DNA of 64,000 nucleotides from a virus: IMG/VR virus record IMGVR_UViG_3300018080_000118, positions 32,001 to 96,000 of that record; one strand, 5' to 3'. Shown piece by piece: positions 57,331 to 64,000 of this stretch (position 1 is its first letter; each line of letters starts with the position of its first letter). The notes under the pieces were generated by a model. It saw only the letters and a program-made list of their open reading frames with translations, ran no database searches and was not told where the DNA came from. The position numbers and the translations under genes were made by a program.

Positions 57331-57564
57331 CTATAGTAGAGGTTCGTGTTTTTCGAAAAATGCCTGCCACTCCTTGTCTTTCCAGGGCAGGACCTCCTCT
57401 CGTGGCAGCGTGACGTCTTCCAGCGTTGCGTCGTTGAACGCGATGTGGACTTCGGTCTCGCCAAACACGAGCTTCTTGAGATGGTTGAACGGGTTGTTCC
57501 TGAGAGCTTTCAGGACCACCACGGACTCTTCATCGGTCAGCTGGATGGTATCCTCTTCACTCAT
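57331..57564 (-). CDS. Hypothetical protein
   Basis: AAGGAG SD; 77 aa. Confidence 0.55.
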   Translation of the reverse strand: MSEEDTIQLTDEESVVVLKALRNNPFNHLKKLVFGETEVHIAFNDATLEDVTLPREEVLPWKDKEWQAFFEKHEPLL

Positions 57565-58150
57565 CTGCCATCTCCTTGGCCCGCAAGATGTGCTTAGCGA
57601 TCTTTTGGATCAGCTTGGGGTCGTTCCCCCTGTGTGCCACGTAAGCGGGATGGTACGTGGGAACACACCAGGCCTGTGCGCCCTCCTTAGCCATGCCGAC
57701 TACGTCTCGCATGGTGACCTTGGTGGGGGCCTGGTTGTATAGCGCTGCAACGGCAGTCTTGCCCATGGCCACGATGACCTTTGGGTTCAGGACCTCCAGC
57801 TGCTGGCGCAGAAAGGGCTGACAGTTCTGGATCTCTGCCCAGGTCGGTGTCCTGTTGCTGGAGCCGTTACCCTTCGTTGGGCGGCACTTCAGAGCGTTGA
57901 TGATCATGATCTTCTCGCGCCGAATACCAGCTTGGGCTAGTGCCTGGGCGAGGATCTTTCCTGCAGCCCCGACGAAGGGTCGAGCTGCCAGGTCTTCTTC
58001 CTCTCCCGGAGCTTCACCGACGAAGACAATGGGGGAGGACACGTTACCTTCGCCGAAGACCCTGTTCCGAACGTGTGGGATAATCTTGTCGCACTTTTCG
58101 CACGAGCAGATCTCTCCCCACACTTTCAGCAGCTCTTCCTTTTTATTCAT
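57557..58150 (-). CDS. Uracil-DNA glycosylase family 4
   Basis: CEKC, VFGEG, VGEAPGEEED...PFVG, KCRP, NRTP and TYHPAY. Confidence 0.93.
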   Translation of the reverse strand: MNKKEELLKVWGEICSCEKCDKIIPHVRNRVFGEGNVSSPIVFVGEAPGEEEDLAARPFVGAAGKILAQALAQAGIRREKIMIINALKCRPTKGNGSSNRTPTWAEIQNCQPFLRQQLEVLNPKVIVAMGKTAVAALYNQAPTKVTMRDVVGMAKEGAQAWCVPTYHPAYVAHRGNDPKLIQKIAKHILRAKEMADE

Positions 58151-58355
58151 GATCACTCCCAGAGTTGTCATCGCGCCCCTGATCCTTCGGCAGCACGGCA
58201 AGAACAATGGGCTGCATCTTCTCAGGACACATTGCCCAGTGAGTGTAGTCTCCTTCGACGCCGTCGATAGGTTCGCCTACGAGCTTCTCAAACATCACGT
58301 TCTCGTGTGTGCCCTGACAGCGAGCGCAGTTGCGAATGGTAATCGGACGTAGCAT
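58143..58355 (-). CDS. Small Cys/His protein
   Basis: CARCQGTH...HWAMCP; TAATG coupling. Confidence 0.55.
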   Translation of the reverse strand: MLRPITIRNCARCQGTHENVMFEKLVGEPIDGVEGDYTHWAMCPEKMQPIVLAVLPKDQGRDDNSGSDHE

Positions 58356-58876
58356 TACTTTGGCCTCAAGATCTCGAACTCTTCCTCGGTGAGCTTCTTC
58401 TTCAGAAGCTGCCACACCGAACCGGGGACCACGACAAAGTGCCGTGGCCTGCCCAGCTCCTCCTTCTCCAGTACGTCGATGTCGATGAACGGTATCTTGC
58501 CCATCTTCTTCCCGTCGCGCCAGAGCTTGTCCAGCATCTTCGGAGTTACGTTCACGCCTTTGGCTCTCGACGACTTGCCTTCGCACAGGAAGAATTCGTC
58601 CAGGGTATCCCCCTTCTCCTTCTTCCCGCAACCAGAGCCTGCCGTCTTGGCCATGCCGTGTCTCCTCTCAATGCTGGTCTCATGCTCCTCGGACTGACGC
58701 TTACTCTTCTTCAAGGAGGTCGTCTGTGAGGCTTGCTGCCTCTTCTTCTGCTTCCTTTCTAGCGCTTTGTCGACGTGCTTCTTCGATAGCCCTGTAGTTC
58801 TCCGGCTCATCTCCGAGAGCAACCCCGAGGCAGAGGCCGGGGACTTTCTTTTCGACTTCCTCGAAGGTTTGCTCAT
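58355..58876 (-). CDS. Hjc-like PD-(D/E)XK resolvase/endonuclease
   Basis: E...GSG...KGD...CEGK motif order; GGAGGT SD. Confidence 0.7.
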   Translation of the reverse strand: MSKPSRKSKRKSPASASGLLSEMSRRTTGLSKKHVDKALERKQKKRQQASQTTSLKKSKRQSEEHETSIERRHGMAKTAGSGCGKKEKGDTLDEFFLCEGKSSRAKGVNVTPKMLDKLWRDGKKMGKIPFIDIDVLEKEELGRPRHFVVVPGSVWQLLKKKLTEEEFEILRPK

Positions 58877-60236
58877 AGTACCTCCGCGCCGACTCGAACG
58901 GCGAGTAGCAGTAGTCCTCGAAGCGCAGATGCGCCCGGGCCGTCGTGCTCATCATGAACACGCCCAGCCAGAACCTGCACTCCATCTTGATGTCTTCACG
59001 GCTCAGGAAAGCCTTGACGTCACTGACCTTCTTGAAGGTACGCCCCAGTACGATGTACTTGGACTTCTTCTCCTCGAACAGTCCCAGGTCCTGGAGGACC
59101 GTGTAGACCTTCTCGGCGTCGTCGGTGTCGCCGGGATAGAAGGGGATTCGGTTCATGCTCACAGAGTTGGTGTAGAGTCTGAAGGTCCCCTTGCCCCCGT
59201 CGGGCAGTCCGGCCTTGTTCTTCGACACGCCAAAGTGGGTATCGATGAAAGCCGTGAATGGTAGATCGCCCTTTCCAGCGTTCTTCTTCGTGTAGGTGAA
59301 CTGGATTCGCTGGTCCGCGAAGATCTTTGGACCGCCTCCGCCGGCCTCTATCTTGCGAGGACGCTTGGCAGAGATGTCCATGATGCGGTGGTTCGTCCAG
59401 ATCACGGTAGGGTGGGTGCCCCACTGATTGGATGTCTCCAGTTGCGCGGCTGCGAGGCGTCGCAGACCGTCCCAGTTCATGCGGGCACGGTCAGCTACAT
59501 TCCTCTGGCCTGCGGCCTTCCCCAACGCCTCGTCCGAGATCACTGAGTTCATGGAGTCGATGACCACAAAGTCCTTTGCCCCCGTCTCCAGCACGCGCTG
59601 GAGAAACGTGTAGAGGGCACCTCCTGCTCTGGGTCGCACAATGTGCAGGTTGGCCTTGCGCCCCTTCGGGACCAGGACCTTGAAGCCGCCTGTCTTCTGG
59701 GTCTTTTCCTCGAACCCTGTGCCCAGGCGGCAGCCCCAGATGTCCATCCAGATGGGGTCGCAGGAGCGTTCGATGTCTGCGATGACACCGGTCATGAGTC
59801 TGTTCTTTCCGCAGCGGCAGGTCTCTACGACTTCCCCGGTCTCCTCGTCTACCCACTCGACGGAGAGGGTGTTGCAGAGGCGGCAGGTTCGCAGAAGCGA
59901 TCCGGCCATGATATAGGAGAGCGTACTCTTGCCCTGCGACTGGTCTCCGTTGAGCTCGATGCAGCTTCCGATGGTGGGGCAGAATAGAAGGTCCACTTCG
60001 ACCAAGCCCGTGAAGATCCGTGGATACCTCTGCACCTCCATCTGAGCCGCGTCACTGGTGAAGCTTTGGAACTCCTCCTCGGCCAACACTTCTTCGAAGC
60101 TCAGCCGGGCTTTCTTCTTTGCGGCAATGTCGTCGCGCTCTTTCAGTGGTGTATCGCAGACGGCTTTCTTCTTGCCCTTGCTTTTCTTAGCCGCCTTCTT
60201 CGCGGGCTTCTTCTTGGTGGCTTTCTTCTTCGCCAT
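58701..60236 (-). CDS. recA: RecA/UvsX-like recombinase with zinc insert
   Basis: Walker A GDQSQGKST, DIER, VVIDS, GGGGPKIFADQRI and KNK; CRLC...CRC insertion. Confidence 0.85.
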   Translation of the reverse strand: MAKKKATKKKPAKKAAKKSKGKKKAVCDTPLKERDDIAAKKKARLSFEEVLAEEEFQSFTSDAAQMEVQRYPRIFTGLVEVDLLFCPTIGSCIELNGDQSQGKSTLSYIMAGSLLRTCRLCNTLSVEWVDEETGEVVETCRCGKNRLMTGVIADIERSCDPIWMDIWGCRLGTGFEEKTQKTGGFKVLVPKGRKANLHIVRPRAGGALYTFLQRVLETGAKDFVVIDSMNSVISDEALGKAAGQRNVADRARMNWDGLRRLAAAQLETSNQWGTHPTVIWTNHRIMDISAKRPRKIEAGGGGPKIFADQRIQFTYTKKNAGKGDLPFTAFIDTHFGVSKNKAGLPDGGKGTFRLYTNSVSMNRIPFYPGDTDDAEKVYTVLQDLGLFEEKKSKYIVLGRTFKKVSDVKAFLSREDIKMECRFWLGVFMMSTTARAHLRFEDYCYSPFESARRYYEQTFEEVEKKVPGLCLGVALGDEPENYRAIEEARRQSARKEAEEEAASLTDDLLEEE

Positions 60237-60623
60237 TTATTCCTTCCCCTTGGGCTTCTTTGCGCCCCAGATTTTGTCGACGCCCACGCGCTCCAGTACA
60301 TCGTTCTGGAACCGCTGGATGGTGTGGAGGATCTTTGCGTTGAACGGCTCCAACACCTTGTCGAAGCTGTCCAGGATCTGCTGCTGTGCGGCAGGATCCG
60401 CGATCGGCATCTTGATGAAGATGCTCGTCTGCAACGACGTGTAGTCCCCGAACACGCCGGCCATGGTGATCGAGTTGCCGAAGGTCACTTCCCCCTCAGC
60501 GTCTTCGATTTCAGCGAGGTCTTCGTGCAGTTCGGCGATGGTGCTTTTGCTACCGTCGCGTTCCTTTTTGACGGCCTTTCCGGTCAAGCTTGCTTTGGAG
60601 CCCCGCTTCGATCTGCGTGCCAT
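60237..60623 (-). CDS. Hypothetical protein
   Basis: GGAG SD; abuts recA. Confidence 0.6.
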   Translation of the reverse strand: MARRSKRGSKASLTGKAVKKERDGSKSTIAELHEDLAEIEDAEGEVTFGNSITMAGVFGDYTSLQTSIFIKMPIADPAAQQQILDSFDKVLEPFNAKILHTIQRFQNDVLERVGVDKIWGAKKPKGKE

Positions 60624-62112
60624 AGTTGTGTCTCCGATAGAAGCCCAGACACCCTTTCATCCGGGCTATGTGTGTTGGGAATGGGATGATGGGATGCACG
60701 GCCACAGGTTTCATCTTGCCGCGCATAGAGCGCTCTATCCTGCCCACGGCCTGCTCCACCGTGTGCTTGCCCACCGGACCAGCGTAGAGCGCTCCGTCTT
60801 TTCGCTGGACGTCTAGCCCCTTACCGGCCTTACCAAAGGTGGTGAGGGTCACAGGCTTCTGCAGAGCCAGGGCGTTCTTGCGCCGGGCTTCTGCGTTGGT
60901 GGCGTTGCCGAGGTACAGCCCCGACACGTCACCATGAATCAGCGTGAGCATCAGGTGCAGGTGTGTCAGGTGATCTCGTCGTCGAGAGAATACAAAGATG
61001 TCTCGACCCGCTTTCAGGAAGGTGCCGATCGTCTCGACGATCCAGGATGTATACGTGGGGTCGTCGCAGAGCATTCGCTCTACGGCAGCCTCGTTATAGT
61101 CGTGGAATTTGTAGAGGCTTGCACAGTGGTCCTTGAGCACGTGCGGCGATGAGGTACCGAGGCTCTTTGCCGTGTCGCACTTCTGGCACTCGTACCGGCA
61201 CGTCATCTTCTCATGGAAGCGGCACCAGACGCACTTGAACCAGGTGTGCTTGTCGTTGGGCGTCGGGTCTGACCACTTCAGGAAGTCCGTGTTCACTCCG
61301 TAGAAGAGAGCCCGGGCCTTCTCGGTCTTCCCCTTCATCTCAACGACCTTGGTGCCGAGCATCTGCTGGAACACCCACTCATGACCATCTCGGCGTTCGC
61401 TGGTAGCCGATAGCGCAAGGCTCCAGTTGAAGTTGATGTTGAAGATCGTCTGGGAAAAGCATGGCGCGGAGAAGACGTGGGCCTCGTCGACAACGACCAT
61501 GCCCACCTTCAGCGGGCGCTGGTGTGCCATATAGGTCTGCGCCATGCAGATGATCACGTCTCCACGCATGTCGAAGCGCTGAATACCTCCCAGCATAGAC
61601 ACTTGGCCGAACTTCCGATGGAGCGCCTTTTGGCTGTCCAGCGGCATGATGAATGAGATCTTGGCGTCGGGCAGGTGTGTCTTGATCCTCTCACACCACT
61701 GCTCGGCCAAGTTGTCCTGGTCTACGAGGACTAGCGCCTTCTGCGGCTGCAGCGCCGACATGATGTAGAGCGCGGCCACGGTCTTTCCCGAACCAGGTCG
61801 AGCGTTCAGGAAAACCCCGAGTTGCTTGCGGAGCACCGAGATGGCCTTCTTCACGCCTGTCTGTTGCTCGGGCCACAACGCGCCCTTGAAGCGAGGGAAC
61901 GATAGGTCATGTTTGGACAGTTGCTTGTTCTTGGCGCTCAGCAGTAGGTCTGTCCCGTGAAAGTAGCGCGGAACCAGGACGCCCTCTGGTGTCTCACGGT
62001 AGACGTAAAACTCAGAAGTCTTCCCGTTATAGTCCACGCTCTCTGCCTTCAGCCGGTGCTCAACCGACCGGAATTCTTCGTGGCGCAGTAGTAACGGTCC
62101 TTGCCTGATCAT
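60550..62112 (-). CDS. Superfamily 2 DEAH helicase (UvsW/XPB-like) with Cys-rich insert
   Basis: PGSGKT, DEAH, LSAT, GLDV and QAVGRIER. Confidence 0.9.
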   Translation of the reverse strand: MIRQGPLLLRHEEFRSVEHRLKAESVDYNGKTSEFYVYRETPEGVLVPRYFHGTDLLLSAKNKQLSKHDLSFPRFKGALWPEQQTGVKKAISVLRKQLGVFLNARPGSGKTVAALYIMSALQPQKALVLVDQDNLAEQWCERIKTHLPDAKISFIMPLDSQKALHRKFGQVSMLGGIQRFDMRGDVIICMAQTYMAHQRPLKVGMVVVDEAHVFSAPCFSQTIFNINFNWSLALSATSERRDGHEWVFQQMLGTKVVEMKGKTEKARALFYGVNTDFLKWSDPTPNDKHTWFKCVWCRFHEKMTCRYECQKCDTAKSLGTSSPHVLKDHCASLYKFHDYNEAAVERMLCDDPTYTSWIVETIGTFLKAGRDIFVFSRRRDHLTHLHLMLTLIHGDVSGLYLGNATNAEARRKNALALQKPVTLTTFGKAGKGLDVQRKDGALYAGPVGKHTVEQAVGRIERSMRGKMKPVAVHPIIPFPTHIARMKGCLGFYRRHNYGTQIEAGLQSKLDRKGRQKGTRR

Positions 62113-62119
62113 GGTTCTA

Positions 62120-62160
62120 CTTTTACCCCATGCGTATAAAGAAAGCAAGAAAAATTTATT
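62120..62160 (-). promoter_or_regulatory. Possible sigma70-type promoter with AT-rich UP element
   Basis: TTGCTT-N17-TAAAAG ending 7 nt before the helicase ATG 62112. Confidence 0.35.
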
Positions 62161-62908
62161 TGTCCACACGTCGGGGGGTGTGAACTTCTAACGCTTTCCT
62201 TATGACAGGAAATAGCGTTGTCCTGGTCTCACCGCACAGTTTCTCCAGCTGGTTCAGCATCCACACATCGATGTCTGGGAATCGCGCCAGGTTTACGCGA
62301 ACTCCTGGCCTGCATGCCGGCGAGAGCGCCCGGTACGTTCGGCATGACCAAGGCCTTACCGGGTAGATTAGACAGTTGCCTGTAGGTCCCAGCGCCGGGC
62401 AGAAGCCGCCGCATTCTGCGTAGGCAACTCCGATAGACGGGGTGGCCATAACGGGGATCGGCTCCTCAGTCACGCCCATTGCCAGAAGGCAGCTCTCCAT
62501 TGTGGTCGTTGTCCTAGCGAGGCTTTCCCGGAGTAGGCGCTGGGTCTCTCGATCGATGGTCTTTGCCCAGTGCTCTATTGCCAGCACTTCCAGCTTAGAG
62601 GTGACAATGGTGAGTCGACGACAGCAGTTGTTGCACCCCTCATCGCCTGCGCAAAGGGTAAAGCCTTGTTTCTTTAGATTTGCCCGCCCCTTCTTCAGCA
62701 AGTTCATGCCTAGCCGGATGAGCTTCCTGAAGGCGACGTGCTGCTTGCGGTCCTTGGTCAGGAGCATCTTCTTTACAGACTGACGAAACTCCTTGGCCTG
62801 CTTCTTCGTGAGAACGCCTTCGAACATGGCCGCTGAGTAGATGGTATCCGGCAGATAGGCTACGATCTCTTCGGCGCTCTTTTTTCTTTCTTCCGCAAAG
62901 TAATCCAT
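62156..62908 (-). CDS. YkgJ-family (CxxCxxCC) Zn/Fe-chelating protein
   Basis: CAGDEGCNNCC...CPAL...CLIYPVRPWSCRTY. Confidence 0.85.
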   Translation of the reverse strand: MDYFAEERKKSAEEIVAYLPDTIYSAAMFEGVLTKKQAKEFRQSVKKMLLTKDRKQHVAFRKLIRLGMNLLKKGRANLKKQGFTLCAGDEGCNNCCRRLTIVTSKLEVLAIEHWAKTIDRETQRLLRESLARTTTTMESCLLAMGVTEEPIPVMATPSIGVAYAECGGFCPALGPTGNCLIYPVRPWSCRTYRALSPACRPGVRVNLARFPDIDVWMLNQLEKLCGETRTTLFPVIRKALEVHTPRRVDK

Positions 62909-63153
62909 GTCTGCACCGCCATTATGGCCACAATGACCTCCGCCTGTGTGGCACCACCAAACTTATCCCCTAGAACTTTCAGACACCCCAGAGCTGTGCG
63001 TCGAAGCGGCGAGTACGGCAGCCCTGCTGACGCCTGCACCACCGCTTCGACGAGCTCTTCGGGATGCTCGAAGATGAACTCAGCTACCGAGGCCCGGAGG
63101 CTTCCAGAGCTTGACGGTTCCTTTCTTGACGAGGTCGGCTTGTTCGTTTCCAT
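62860..63153 (-). CDS. Hypothetical protein
   Basis: Protein-like helical ORF; start uncertain. Confidence 0.4.
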   Translation of the reverse strand: METNKPTSSRKEPSSSGSLRASVAEFIFEHPEELVEAVVQASAGLPYSPLRRTALGCLKVLGDKFGGATQAEVIVAIMAVQTWITLRKKEKRAPKRS

Positions 63154-63481
63154 CGTCGAGCACCTTCTGCAGAGGGATGACCACATGGTTCACTTCTTCT
63201 GGGATACCCAGCAGCCGCCGTGCCGTGTCAATAGGCTTAGGCGCTCTGTTGTTCACGAGGATGCCTTTGGGGAGCATCCAGGCCTGCGGAATGAGAGCCA
63301 CGTAGCAGCCCCAGTCTCGGCTTGTGATGAGTTTCTCAGACCACATCACGCTGCAGGCGTTGCAGAGGAAAGGTTGCTGGTCCTTCGGTAGCTCTACGTC
63401 GCCTCCTGGATCTACCATGGCGGCGGCGATGTCGTCGCTCTGGCATGACGGACACCTGTCCGGATAGTTGAAAACGATCAT
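63080..63481 (-). CDS. Zinc-ribbon hypothetical protein
   Basis: CPSC...CNAC; AGGAGG SD. Confidence 0.6.
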   Translation of the reverse strand: MIVFNYPDRCPSCQSDDIAAAMVDPGGDVELPKDQQPFLCNACSVMWSEKLITSRDWGCYVALIPQAWMLPKGILVNNRAPKPIDTARRLLGIPEEVNHVVIPLQKVLDDGNEQADLVKKGTVKLWKPPGLGS

Positions 63482-63490
63482 GGTCCCTCC

Positions 63491-63982
63491 TTATAGAGAC
63501 GCTGCTTCTTCGATAATATCCTCCATGACGCGGCGGTCGGTACGCTTCAGGATCATCTTAATCCCTTTGAATCGGGCCTTCAGATGTCTCCACGTTACCG
63601 CTACATTTGCATGGATTCCATCGAAGAAGAATTCTGTGTCATCCATGCCATGGCTGGTGTTTGGCTCGTGCTTGGCCCCCATGAGAGCGAAGTGCCGCAC
63701 AAAGGCGGCAACGGCTTTCTCCGGGGTAGCGTACACGGTGCCCTGTGGTTCGCTTCCGACGCCTCCGTCAGAAGGTGAGGCATTCTCAGCGGTGATGCCT
63801 CGCATCCCGTAGACGATGCAGCGGTTGATGTCGCGGAACTTTCCAGGCATGAAGGAAATATCATCTCCGATATGCAGGATACCCCAGTCGTATCCCCGCT
63901 TGGAGACACGAATGATGCCCCCGGACGCTACGTGCGCCGAGGCGACCATTTTGAAGAGTTGCTCTTCTAGTTGATCGTGCAT
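63491..63982 (-). CDS. Hypothetical protein
   Basis: 163-aa ORF at the window end. Confidence 0.5.
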   Translation of the reverse strand: MHDQLEEQLFKMVASAHVASGGIIRVSKRGYDWGILHIGDDISFMPGKFRDINRCIVYGMRGITAENASPSDGGVGSEPQGTVYATPEKAVAAFVRHFALMGAKHEPNTSHGMDDTEFFFDGIHANVAVTWRHLKARFKGIKMILKRTDRRVMEDIIEEAASL

Positions 63983-64000
63983 GTCTCGACCCTCGAACCG

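Noticed and set aside
1-64000. Alternative genetic code, inteins/introns, tRNA genes, integrase
   Set aside because: Genes are intact under the standard code and all three stop codons are used. No intein, intron, tRNA cloverleaf or integrase signature was recognised by eye; a tRNAscan/Infernal run would be needed to exclude them fully.

Overview
This window is a high-GC (roughly 60% by eye) fragment of a large contractile-tailed dsDNA phage, with no host genes visible. Positions 1-50871 form a + strand virion module: tail-fibre/baseplate-type proteins, portal, large terminase, prohead protease, major capsid protein, neck proteins, tail sheath and tail tube. Embedded in it is a single-chain, fused beta-beta' RNA polymerase of 2078 aa with bacterial-like motifs. 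Positions 50868-64000 form a convergent - strand module: sigma-70 factor, RuvC, RNase H, Cas4-like exonuclease, family-4 UDG, resolvase, RecA and an SF2 helicase. Four signals stand out. (1) The fused RNAP lacks the beta' zinc-binding domain, has a substituted rifampicin pocket, and ends in an acidic tail after a K-T-A motif, as expected of a virion-packaged enzyme. An unannotated 57-aa zinc-ribbon ORF lies just upstream of it. (2) A recurrent K-x-A(S) motif and a longer F-x-x-(G/A/S)-F-x-D-E-(M/L)-x-K-(L/T)-(A/G) tag occur across many head-region proteins, suggesting a capsid-targeting and protease-maturation code. (3) An unannotated antisense unit at 13875-14210 encodes a 48-aa basic peptide followed by a highly structured RNA (GAAA and cUUCGg tetraloops) and its own terminator. 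(4) Cys4 zinc-ribbon insertions occur in many core proteins. All calls come from reading motifs by eye; no database searches were run.
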